From: a virus
Reading direction: 5' to 3' (one strand)
DNA: 64,000 bases
IMG/VR virus record: IMGVR_UViG_3300045988_177049
Location: 32,001-96,000 of that record
Below, piece after piece: positions 20,583 through 29,311 of this stretch. The translations under genes and the position numbers were made by a program. A model generated the notes under the pieces. It had not been told where the DNA came from. It was given only the letters and a program-made list of their open reading frames with translations, and made no database searches. Numbering within the stretch: position 1 is the stretch's first letter; each line of letters starts with the position of its first letter.

Positions 20583-21818
20583 GATGCTTCCCAGACGCTC
20601 TACGAGTTCCGTTCGGCAAACCCGAAGGCCCTGAATGCTCTTGAGGCATCGGGTGTCTTCACCCCCTACAAGCTGGAGACCAACTATCGGTCGAACCAAG
20701 AGGTTCTGGACATGGCTAATGTTCACCTTTTGTCCGAGATCGAAGCCAACCAGCTTGCACAGATCCGCCTTCGTGCAAACTCGCTTGTTCCTGTGACCGC
20801 GCAGTCGTTCCAAGACAAGGTTCATGTCGTCCATGAGCACTACACCTCTGATGCCAAGTTCATTGGCGACCTGCCTAAGCTGCTCTCTCAGCACACCTAC
20901 ACCTATGTTCAGGACTGCCTGAGCCGTGGTGAACAGGTGGCGTTCTTGGCCTTTACCCGCCGAGAAGCGTTCGCTGTCCAAAAGCGCTTGGAAGAGATGT
21001 TCCCAGGCCGTTCCGTCATCTCGATGATCTCGGACAGGCGTCGCGCGTCGACGTTCTTCTCGGCCTTCATCAAGATGTACTGGTCTGACATCGAGGCCGT
21101 GGATCCCGCAAACGCCGCATACGTGTTTGCAAAGGAAATCATTGCACGAGGCCCCGCCAGCAATGCCCAGGCTCAACAAGCCTTGGCAAAGATGGCGAGC
21201 GAGTGGTGGACTGAATCGGGTTCGGCCATCCAGGGATGGATCTACGAGTACCAATCCGCCATCATCACCAAGGAGACCTTCTTCGATCGCTTGAAGAAGT
21301 GCATCCTTGATTACGAAATCCGGTACAACTCGATTCGCGATGCTCTCATGCACCGCAACAACGAGGAACGCAAGATTCGTAACCTGGAAACCAACGCTGA
21401 TCTCATTGTCTCCACTGTTCATGGAGTCAAGGGTCTTGAATTTGACAACGTTGTTGTCATCTACAAGGATCAGTCCGACATGAGCGAAGAAAAGAAGAGG
21501 CTCTATTACGTCGCGTTCACGCGCGCGAAGAACTCTCTGTTCGTTCTTTCTCATGGCACCACGTTGTCCGCGCGAATCCTCAGCGACTACAACCTCATCG
21601 TTGACTCGCTGACCCAGCCCGGTTCTACAGACAATGAGGACGAGGATACCGCCACCACTGTTACAGTGGTAAACGAAGATGATGTCCCCAGCGAGGAAGA
21701 TACTCCTTGCTCGGATGCCACCGATACCGATGGCTTTGCTGCTACACGTGCTCTCGTCGCCAGCATCCAGACCGACCTTCCAGGTCTGTCTGCAACTGAC
21801 GATGAGGACGACGCGTAG
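20583..21818 (+). CDS. UvrD/PcrA-like SF1 helicase, exon 2
   Basis: Begins DASQTLYEFRSANP (motif III remainder), then TNYRSNQEVL (motif IV), VSTVHGVKGLEFDNVVVIY (motif V) and YVAFTRAKNSLFVL (motif VI). There is an acidic C-terminal tail. Confidence 0.7.
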   Translation, partial: DASQTLYEFRSANPKALNALEASGVFTPYKLETNYRSNQEVLDMANVHLLSEIEANQLAQIRLRANSLVPVTAQSFQDKVHVVHEHYTSDAKFIGDLPKLLSQHTYTYVQDCLSRGEQVAFLAFTRREAFAVQKRLEEMFPGRSVISMISDRRRASTFFSAFIKMYWSDIEAVDPANAAYVFAKEIIARGPASNAQAQQALAKMASEWWTESGSAIQGWIYEYQSAIITKETFFDRLKKCILDYEIRYNSIRDALMHRNNEERKIRNLETNADLIVSTVHGVKGLEFDNVVVIYKDQSDMSEEKKRLYYVAFTRAKNSLFVLSHGTTLSARILSDYNLIVDSLTQPGSTDNEDEDTATTVTVVNEDDVPSEEDTPCSDATDTDGFAATRALVASIQTDLPGLSATDDEDDA

Positions 21819-21923
21819 TCATCGTCTGTAAAATTGCCCCATGACTCCTGCCTCGTCGTAGGAGTCATGGGGCACCAACACCACAAAGCTCTATACTACT
21901 CTCTTTTTTTGAAAGGAGCACTC

Positions 21924-22631
21924 ATGCAAGACATTCGCCGAGGCGACATCTGGTTCATTCAACCCGCACCTGTCCCAGGAGGCGGAACTGTCGGCAACGA
22001 GATGTGGTCAGGAAGGCCGGGCGTCATCGTCAGTAACGACACCTTGAACCAACACTCTGGTGTTGTTCAGGTCGTTTACCTTACGTCAAGCGACAAGCGA
22101 CGCGCGTCTGCTACACACGTGGTCGTTCATGTGAACAACCAACGTTCCATCGCCATCTGTAACCAAGTGACGAACATTGATACATCTCGTCTGACCCAAT
22201 ACATCGGACGTGTATCATCTCTTGATCTCTACAACATCCAAAACAGCATCGCCTTCGCTCTTGGTTTAGGTGGAGCTAAACCGGGTGAAGCTCTGCATAA
22301 ATGGGAAAAGCAACTATCAGCTCATGGGATTGATCTGTTCGAGCAAGAACTCAGTCTCAACGACGATATTAACTACTCTGAGCGCATCGAAGGTTTGAAG
22401 AAAACTATTCTCCAAATCGCACGTGAGCGTGACGCCCTCGCAACAGCGATCCGAGCGCACAGCGAGCACTCGTCGATGTATCAAGAGCTAAATAAAGTTT
22501 TTGGTACACCATCGACGCCGCCAATTCAACCTACCCAGAAAAAGACCAAAAAGAAAAAGAAGAAGGTGCCAAATGGAACCCACACCCACACAGCTCAGGT
22601 ACATCAAAAGAAACGCCAGAAAAGCCGCTAG
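21924..22631 (+). CDS. MazF/PemK-family toxin domain with an ~120-aa C-terminal extension (coiled-coil plus poly-Lys tract)
   Basis: aaaggagc RBS upstream of the ATG at 21924. GDIWFIQP...GRPGVIVSND...VVQVVYLTS...CNQVTNIDTSRL...IAFALGLG matches the PemK/MazF fold consensus. The extension carries KKTKKKKKK. Confidence 0.65.
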   Translation: MQDIRRGDIWFIQPAPVPGGGTVGNEMWSGRPGVIVSNDTLNQHSGVVQVVYLTSSDKRRASATHVVVHVNNQRSIAICNQVTNIDTSRLTQYIGRVSSLDLYNIQNSIAFALGLGGAKPGEALHKWEKQLSAHGIDLFEQELSLNDDINYSERIEGLKKTILQIARERDALATAIRAHSEHSSMYQELNKVFGTPSTPPIQPTQKKTKKKKKKVPNGTHTHTAQVHQKKRQKSR

Positions 22632-23073
22632 AGACGTTCTTGCCGCATATGCTGAGCGTTCTCGTATCCCTGTCAAACCTATCGCCATTGCTCGATCAAT
22701 GGGACTGAGGGTTTTAGAAGCCCCTCTGCCCGGCTACGCCTGGGGAATGATCCTCGGTAACCTCGATGGGACGGCACACATCTATTTCGACGAGAATCTC
22801 CCACCTGTGCGTGCTCGCTATGCGTGTGCGCACGAGCTTGGTCATTACGTTGCAAACAACTGTACTCTCGAACCATGTATGGGATATCAATGCGGCAGTG
22901 ACGAACATCAAGACATGGCTGAAATCTATGCCGACACCTTTGCCAAGGAACTGCTTCTTCCCCATCCTGAGATCGACGTATGTATTGAAGATGGACTGAG
23001 CATCTTTGAGATCGCACGTACATTTGAAGTACCTGTTGGTCTCATTACGTATTCGAAGAAGCAAAAACAGTGA
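22573..23073 (+). CDS. ImmA/IrrE-family zinc metallopeptidase (DUF955)
   Basis: HEXXH motif HELGHYV. The ATG at 22573 overlaps the upstream ORF end in another frame. The size and 'YADTFAKELLLP' are typical of the family. Confidence 0.65.
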   Translation: MEPTPTQLRYIKRNARKAARDVLAAYAERSRIPVKPIAIARSMGLRVLEAPLPGYAWGMILGNLDGTAHIYFDENLPPVRARYACAHELGHYVANNCTLEPCMGYQCGSDEHQDMAEIYADTFAKELLLPHPEIDVCIEDGLSIFEIARTFEVPVGLITYSKKQKQ

Positions 23074-23079
23074 AAGGCG

Positions 23080-23370
23080 GTGACCACAATGGCCTCGATT
23101 TTTGATGTATCGAAGTATATTCTGGCGCATTTTGACCAGCCGATCTCCCCACGCAAGCTCCAAAAGCTGACTTACCTTTCGCAAGGCTGGTCCCTGGCTC
23201 TAACGGATAAACCTATCTTCCCTGAAGATTTTGAAGCATGGAAGCATGGACCCATTAATCGTGAGCTATTCAACGCTCTTCAAGGAATTCATTCCATCGA
23301 TGGAACGGATGGATCGTCAACACCGTCACCAGACCGAGCCAAAAGCTTTGGTCTCAGAAACAACGAGTAA
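23080..23370 (+). CDS. Panacea (DUF4065/SocA-like) antitoxin-domain protein
   Basis: KLQKLTYLSQGWSLALTDKPIFPEDFEAWKHGPINRELF matches the DUF4065 core (KLxKLLY.aqgw...F.AW..GPV). The likely start is the ATG at 23089 (RBS gaaaggcgg). Confidence 0.6.
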   Translation: MTTMASIFDVSKYILAHFDQPISPRKLQKLTYLSQGWSLALTDKPIFPEDFEAWKHGPINRELFNALQGIHSIDGTDGSSTPSPDRAKSFGLRNNE

Positions 23371-23384
23371 AGAGGACTCATACT

Positions 23385-23846
23385 ATGCGTATTCGAAACG
23401 GTATAGTTACCACGCTCCATGCGTACAGCACTGATAGTGAGTTCACTAACGTGCTTAAAGGTCGTTACATCACCAATGTGATCAACAATAACGTCATCGT
23501 CCTTGACAATGACGTGCATCTTCACATCCAAATTAACACTTCCCATACGTTCATTCAGTACATCAACGTTTGGGGTAAGCCTGATGCACGCATCAGATCC
23601 GCTTACCTTGAACCTGATGATGAAACAACAGTGAGCCTTACTTCGTCTTCGCTCGAAACTCTACAGACGTACACATTATTCGTCGACATCAACGGTGTAG
23701 AATATCCAGTCTTCAAGATCGTTCAAAACAACGAATTGTACACGCCGGATATCTTTACAATCACCGCTTATGCCAATCAAGACGTTTATGTGGAAGCATA
23801 TGTGGATCGTTACTTACGCGGAGCACAATTTCCATATCCTTCGTAA
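23385..23846 (+). CDS. hypothetical protein
   Basis: ORF with an RBS, lower GC than flanks. No motif recognised. Confidence 0.4.
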   Translation: MRIRNGIVTTLHAYSTDSEFTNVLKGRYITNVINNNVIVLDNDVHLHIQINTSHTFIQYINVWGKPDARIRSAYLEPDDETTVSLTSSSLETLQTYTLFVDINGVEYPVFKIVQNNELYTPDIFTITAYANQDVYVEAYVDRYLRGAQFPYPS

Positions 23847-23878
23847 ACACTTTAATCACGAAAGGCTAAGAACACATC

Positions 23879-24634
23879 ATGTATAGTTCCAACATCGCTG
23901 CATGGGTTGTTAACACACTCACTGTAGCAATAGTAGTGGGAATAGCCGCACCCCTTCTCTCTATTTACACATATGGACCCCACAATTCTGGTCGCATCAC
24001 ACGTATCTGTATATATGTCATGTCCATTACCATCATCGGTGCAACCGGCGTATACGGTTATTCCTATGCTCGCTTAGACATTGTGACAAACACTTTGATC
24101 ACGCAAGATTCCAATAGACCTGTCCAAGTTGAATGGAACAATAATCTTGGACACGCCACGTATCATCCAACCGATGCTTTAGGTCGAGCAACCGGGGCGG
24201 GCGTACATTTCAACGCATGTACGCCTGTGCGAACCCAGCAAGATGAACCTGTGAATGCTGTTGGTTTGCCTCATAGCGATGAGTGGGTCAGCGCCCCTCT
24301 CATCTCATCCCAACTATGGGCTTCAACCAACGCATCGAACATCGTTCCAATGACAAAAGAGACCCAGAGTTCACTGTATAACGTCATTGAATACGATGCT
24401 CTCAAAAGATTCATGAGCAACGCAGGAGGAAATCACCCTTTCCCACTGGATGTATGTGCTCATAAATCATTTGATTTCACATACACCATCATCCCGGTAT
24501 ATGAAGGTGACGAACTGATTCCGCGAGAGTTCATCATCGACATGTTCGCATCAGATGGATATGCCAAGCACCTCGTTGTATCCAACGGTGTGCCCGGAAA
24601 AACCATTGACTATCGCACCGGAGCTATCAACTAG
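23879..24634 (+). CDS. hypothetical membrane protein
   Basis: Two N-terminal hydrophobic helices and an RBS (cgaaaggct). Confidence 0.4.
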   Translation: MYSSNIAAWVVNTLTVAIVVGIAAPLLSIYTYGPHNSGRITRICIYVMSITIIGATGVYGYSYARLDIVTNTLITQDSNRPVQVEWNNNLGHATYHPTDALGRATGAGVHFNACTPVRTQQDEPVNAVGLPHSDEWVSAPLISSQLWASTNASNIVPMTKETQSSLYNVIEYDALKRFMSNAGGNHPFPLDVCAHKSFDFTYTIIPVYEGDELIPREFIIDMFASDGYAKHLVVSNGVPGKTIDYRTGAIN

Positions 24635-24669
24635 GCGCATTTCTACTATTCATCGAAAGGATATTCACC

Positions 24670-25371
24670 ATGGCTAACATTTCTTACGCAGAAGGTGTCA
24701 TCATCTTCAAAGCACCCAACGAAGCAGCACTTGACGCGGTTGTCGAAGTCTTTAACACCGCCAGCCACTTCGGTTATGACACCACGTTCAACCCCGACGA
24801 CATCCAAGTCTCATTAGGCGACAATGGTGACATTGTTGGTGTCGTGCCCTTCTACGGCTCAGGTCGCTGGACATACGCCACCAATGCTGAGCGTATGATC
24901 CCCTGGATCAACGAAAATCTCGACTCTATCGACAAGGACACTCTCGACGCTGTGACAAACGCCTGGTTCAACGTCACGCTCACCTGGCGCGAGTACGAGT
25001 TCGGCCAGAGCTTCGTGGCAAGTGGCTGCGCCTATTACCACAAGCACGAGGGCCGAGATTTCGACACCACCACAACGGTTATTGGTGATGAGTCATCCGA
25101 TGATCTCTCCGTTTCCTCAATGGAAGACTACGGCTTCGACGCCACGTTCTACACAGATTTCAGCCGCATGGGTATCGAGAACTTCATCAATTACTTCTCG
25201 TGGAACGACCCAGATGCAATCGGTGACCTAGCCGATTACTCCATTGAGCAGCTCGCAGACGCCATGCGCGGTCACGAGCACGACGTGTTCGCTTCATTGG
25301 AGTACCTGAGCGAGGACGAAGAAGGTATCAAGGACTACCGCGAGCGTATTCTCAGTCGAGTGCGCCAGTAA
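24670..25371 (+). CDS. hypothetical acidic protein
   Basis: ORF with an RBS (gaaaggat). Asp/Glu-rich. Confidence 0.4.
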   Translation: MANISYAEGVIIFKAPNEAALDAVVEVFNTASHFGYDTTFNPDDIQVSLGDNGDIVGVVPFYGSGRWTYATNAERMIPWINENLDSIDKDTLDAVTNAWFNVTLTWREYEFGQSFVASGCAYYHKHEGRDFDTTTTVIGDESSDDLSVSSMEDYGFDATFYTDFSRMGIENFINYFSWNDPDAIGDLADYSIEQLADAMRGHEHDVFASLEYLSEDEEGIKDYRERILSRVRQ

Positions 25372-25388
25372 CCGCACCTATCACACAA

Positions 25389-25432
25389 AAACAATACCCC
25401 GAGCACGGTCATGTGCCCGGGGTATTGTTTTT
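25389..25432. terminator. bidirectional hairpin between convergent genes
   Basis: aacaataccccgagcac-ggtcat-gtgcccggggtattgtt followed by ttttg. Confidence 0.55.
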
Positions 25433-25443
25433 GCCGTATGACT

Positions 25444-25782
25444 CTATTCGTCTGCATCCTCACCGTGATCATCCGATGCGGTGAGCGAACGATTCAGTGT
25501 CAGTGACGCCGAAAACTTCAAAACGTCATAATCAGGCACTCGGCCCGAGCCTGACTTCGTAAACTGCACAGCATGACCATGCTTATGCAACCGATAAAAG
25601 CGCCCGAAACCTGTCAGCATGACAGAGCCACCTGATCGAACGGTTTCAATAATCTCGTCAATGAGAGCGCCGTACACAGCTCGTACCGTCGCTATATCGA
25701 CGTGCGTCCGATGAGAGACGCGATGCAAGAGCTTCGTCTTTGTCAGGCGACCATCCTCTCGATTCCTATGTGTCGAAACCAT
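25444..25782 (-). CDS. HU/IHF-family nucleoid DNA-binding protein
   Basis: LTGFGRFY... and a beta-arm-like segment (GRVPDYDVLKFSAS) in HU order. ~110 aa with an acidic tail. Confidence 0.55.
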   Translation of the reverse strand: MVSTHRNREDGRLTKTKLLHRVSHRTHVDIATVRAVYGALIDEIIETVRSGGSVMLTGFGRFYRLHKHGHAVQFTKSGSGRVPDYDVLKFSASLTLNRSLTASDDHGEDADE

Positions 25783-25905
25783 AACTTACCCTCGTTTCAA
25801 TCCTTCCGTTAAAACTAACGATTACATTCATACACCAGTATAACATACAGTAATAGCCCCATAAAGCTGTAAGCTCCGTGGGGCTATTACAGTGCGCTTC
25901 GAGCC

Positions 25906-26241
25906 TTAGAACCCGTAGGTAGGCGAATCCTGTGCTGCATCCATCTCAGGATCGACGTTGTGAGACTGAGTGCGCGTAACAGTCGTTGTCGTCGTCTCCG
26001 TTTTCTTACTCATCGTGCCGCGCTGCTCTTCGATGTAAGCAGCTCGCATCTGTGAGGTGATACCTGTCGCGCCAATGTTGTACATGGCCGAGGCTGCACG
26101 ATTGAGCACCCCAAGCGACGGAGCACTTTGTCGCTGACGCTCAAGACGCCTCTGTCGCTCTTGGTTCCATGCATCACGATCTTCTGGCTTCACGCCAAAA
26201 AGATCACCCATCAACCCATCATCTGTTGGAAAACCGAGCAT
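25906..26241 (-). CDS. hypothetical protein
   Basis: ORF in the minus-strand block. No motif recognised. Confidence 0.35.
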   Translation of the reverse strand: MLGFPTDDGLMGDLFGVKPEDRDAWNQERQRRLERQRQSAPSLGVLNRAASAMYNIGATGITSQMRAAYIEEQRGTMSKKTETTTTTVTRTQSHNVDPEMDAAQDSPTYGF

Positions 26242-26290
26242 TGCTCGCTCCCTTCTCTTACGTTTCTTTCACTAACCACGTGTATCAATC

Positions 26291-27952
26291 TTAACCGAGT
26301 GACGGCTCATCACCATCCTCTCGTTTAAATTGATCGGACTCACCCATCTCGAACCCATCGTCAACATCATTGAGTTCGAAATCAGTCTCAGCCGTGAATG
26401 CCGACGTCTCATGCTCGTTGTACTCCTGGTTGTCACGAGCACGGTTGTACGCATGACGACGGCGTTCCTTATCGCTCCTCATCCGCTCCGTGTGTGCATC
26501 TGCATGAGCGTTATCATGCCCTGGCGACTCGCGTGGATCAGAGTAGAACTCACCCCGCTGCCACCTGTTGTAGGTTTCCTCGGGGCTTGCGGCGAAATCC
26601 CGCATCTCCGACCTCCACTGCGAACCATACTGTTGTGCCCAGTGGCGTTCGATATCAGGATGCGCCTTCGCGACCAATTCCATTGCATGGACGAACGACG
26701 TCGAATAGACATCACGCTGGAGATCTCGACCAAAACCGTCAAACTCCATGGCTTCAAGCCCACGCTGAGCGCGACGAATCTTTTCACCCATTTGACCTGG
26801 GATCGCTTGGGTGTCGAGAGCCTTGTCTCGAACAAACCATGCCGAGCCATACGCCATCAACGTCTCATTAAGATCGACAAGGTTACCGTTCAAAGCAGCA
26901 CGTTCCATCTCACGAGCCATAGTCACGCTGAGCGACATCTCATGCTGCATATCCGACTGCGGGGGTCGCACGGTAAAGGCTCCACTGATAACAGACTCGC
27001 CCGCACGTGTCGACCACTTGCCCGACCATGTACGACCCAGCTCACCTGTTCGCGGATCAATCTGCTCGGTCATATCCATATCGACCTCGCCATGGGCCGT
27101 CTCGACAAAGCGATAGGCCCACTCAGGCTCATACGCCATACGCTGACCGACGAACATGCGACTAAGCGCACTCACGCGGTCTACATCCAACCCATCGAGC
27201 CGAACATCGTCCCAGAAACGCTCCATGAGGCGGTCATAGTTCTCTTGCACCTCAGCTGGATCGGCCCCAGGAGCGCGCATTTGCTCAAACGCTGCTTCAC
27301 TCAGGCCAATATGGGTCAGCGCAGCACTCATCTCGTTAAACGGAAGACGGTCGCCTCGCTCACTCGCCTCGATACGCTCCAAGCGACGCTTGAGCGACCA
27401 CGGCAGTTCCCCGCCGTGCTTCTCCTTATGCTCTTGGATGTCGCGGTTCACCTGCTCACGCTGGTGTTTCCGCCTGGCATTAGCCATGTCTTCAATCGCC
27501 ATACGAGCATCGCGCGTGAACGACCCTACCTGCTGACGAAAGTTCGGCGACAATAGCCACATCGTCACGCCCATACCGAGTGACTCAGCAACAGCTGACA
27601 TCGATACGCCGTCTTTGAGAGGCACCAAGGCGCTGAGCACCATCATGGACGCATACGCCTTGTGCTTACCTTTCAGATCGTTGGCGCGAGAGGCGAGATC
27701 GGCCTTGCGCCTCTCCCCTTTCAGATTCACTTGCTTCAACGCGTGTAAATACCCATCAGCGTGGCTACGCATCTCACGGCGAAGCTGTTGTCCCCAGTCC
27801 AGACGTGGAACACCTTGAACAGGGGTAGGCTCAGGCTCCGGCTCAATCACCGGATCAATGACGATCGTCTCCGTCACGTTCTCGTCAACTGCTGGCTTGC
27901 GAGGTTCTCCGCCATAGCGGGGTGCTGGAAGCTCACGGGGTGGCCGACTCAT
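26291..27952 (-). CDS. hypothetical large protein with FEL/GFEM motifs near its acidic C-terminus
   Basis: 553-aa ORF. The C-terminal region reads ...TDFELNDVDDGFEMGESD.... The opposite-strand ORF 26330..27556 is judged a shadow. Confidence 0.45.
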   Translation of the reverse strand: MSRPPRELPAPRYGGEPRKPAVDENVTETIVIDPVIEPEPEPTPVQGVPRLDWGQQLRREMRSHADGYLHALKQVNLKGERRKADLASRANDLKGKHKAYASMMVLSALVPLKDGVSMSAVAESLGMGVTMWLLSPNFRQQVGSFTRDARMAIEDMANARRKHQREQVNRDIQEHKEKHGGELPWSLKRRLERIEASERGDRLPFNEMSAALTHIGLSEAAFEQMRAPGADPAEVQENYDRLMERFWDDVRLDGLDVDRVSALSRMFVGQRMAYEPEWAYRFVETAHGEVDMDMTEQIDPRTGELGRTWSGKWSTRAGESVISGAFTVRPPQSDMQHEMSLSVTMAREMERAALNGNLVDLNETLMAYGSAWFVRDKALDTQAIPGQMGEKIRRAQRGLEAMEFDGFGRDLQRDVYSTSFVHAMELVAKAHPDIERHWAQQYGSQWRSEMRDFAASPEETYNRWQRGEFYSDPRESPGHDNAHADAHTERMRSDKERRRHAYNRARDNQEYNEHETSAFTAETDFELNDVDDGFEMGESDQFKREDGDEPSLG

Positions 27953-27966
27953 CTCATTCTCCTTTT

Positions 27967-29130
27967 CTACAGCTCGAAACTCGCCTCGTCCCGACGCGCC
28001 TGCTGTGGAGCAGGAGCACCCATGCGACGAGTAGTCGAAGGAACACGCGGAGCAGAGCCAACCTTTATGCTGCTCCCTGGCAGTGCAGCCTGAATCGTTC
28101 CTGAAGTCTTCTGAGACTCAGGTGACGGAGCAAGAGGTCGGCCATCTACATCGCGACCCATTGACGCCATCCATTGCTTGGCAACGTCACCCACACGCAC
28201 AGGCTGACCTGGGCCGCGCTGAGCACGAACGCTTGCCGCTGGCACTGAAGCCTGGGCAGGCTGAGAACTCACATTTTCATGCTGGCTCTGCTGCATCTGA
28301 GCCATGTTCTGACGATAATATGCGCGTGCATTATTCAGATCATGGAGCTGCGCATAATCTTGCACCATCGTGTCTTTGCCATAAGGCCGAACATAGTCAT
28401 GTTCAATCTTACTGATCTCCGCCATGGCTTCATCATCGATGAGGATCCCGCTCCAGGCAGCTTCCATAGCAGCGCCATAGAGCTTGTCGCCCTGATCGTT
28501 TACGCACGGCTCTAACCATCCCGACCGCGTATAGTCGGCTTCATAGTACTGAATCTTTTCGCCAGTACGGATAGCTCCATCACGAAGCAAAGCATTAACA
28601 TGTTCATCCCTCTGTGGCTCGTTCTTATTGATCACAGTCCTGACCTTATCGGCCAATGATCCTGTCCATTCGTGGGGATCAAGACCGTAGTACTGCTTAA
28701 TTTCAGCCTCTGTAGGCTGAGGGAATCGCATATCGAGCCTGAGATCAGCGAGCTTTGCATCATCGACCTGATGAACCGCATAATACGTACGACCAAGAGA
28801 CTCGGCACCAACAGGAAGGACATACTGATCATCGGCATCTTGAATAGCGATCATGGTTGGATCATCAATGATGACACCACCCCATGTCGCCTGGGAGATC
28901 GCATCGCGCAACTCGTTATCCACACGACCTTCATACTCGTCAAGCTCCATTTCCCGCTCAAAGGCTTTCACGCCATCTCGCAACAGAGCATTCGCATATA
29001 CGTCTCGATCCGGCATGTCTTTACCGACAATCGCTGCCATAGTGCCATCGAGCGTGCTGGACCACTCGTATGGTTCAAGACCATAACGCTGCTTGATCTC
29101 ATCGTTCGTGAGATCTCGATTCATCAACAT
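27967..29130 (-). CDS. tandem-repeat protein (two ~135-aa modules) with C-terminal ...ASFEL tail
   Basis: Internal repeats IKQRYGLEPYEWSST...NALLRDG... and IKQYYGLDPHEWTGS...NALLRDG.... Paralogous to the next gene. Confidence 0.5.
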   Translation of the reverse strand: MLMNRDLTNDEIKQRYGLEPYEWSSTLDGTMAAIVGKDMPDRDVYANALLRDGVKAFEREMELDEYEGRVDNELRDAISQATWGGVIIDDPTMIAIQDADDQYVLPVGAESLGRTYYAVHQVDDAKLADLRLDMRFPQPTEAEIKQYYGLDPHEWTGSLADKVRTVINKNEPQRDEHVNALLRDGAIRTGEKIQYYEADYTRSGWLEPCVNDQGDKLYGAAMEAAWSGILIDDEAMAEISKIEHDYVRPYGKDTMVQDYAQLHDLNNARAYYRQNMAQMQQSQHENVSSQPAQASVPAASVRAQRGPGQPVRVGDVAKQWMASMGRDVDGRPLAPSPESQKTSGTIQAALPGSSIKVGSAPRVPSTTRRMGAPAPQQARRDEASFEL

Positions 29131-29311
29131 AGTTGTCTCCTTTTCGGAAAATAGTACATGTCATCCACCTACTATTGTACCGTATAGACGGACTAATAAC
29201 GAGACGAATCCCCTGAAAACTCACACAAAACGAGCATAAAGAAGCAGGCCATGCTCAGCCCTTGATACAAGAGCATGAGCATGACCCGCTTGCGTGAGTC
29301 GCTACAGGACC

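Noticed and set aside
1-25400. Prophage interpretation of the window
   Set aside because: No terminase, portal, capsid, tail or lysis-cassette genes are recognisable. The T4CP, relaxase, CwlT-like hydrolase and VirB6-like genes point to a conjugative element instead. A phage-derived replication module within such an element remains possible.
26330-27556. 408-aa plus-strand ORF
   Set aside because: It overlaps the 553-aa minus-strand ORF, which fits the surrounding minus-strand operon and the shared C-terminal tail. The plus ORF has R/L/T-rich shadow-like composition.
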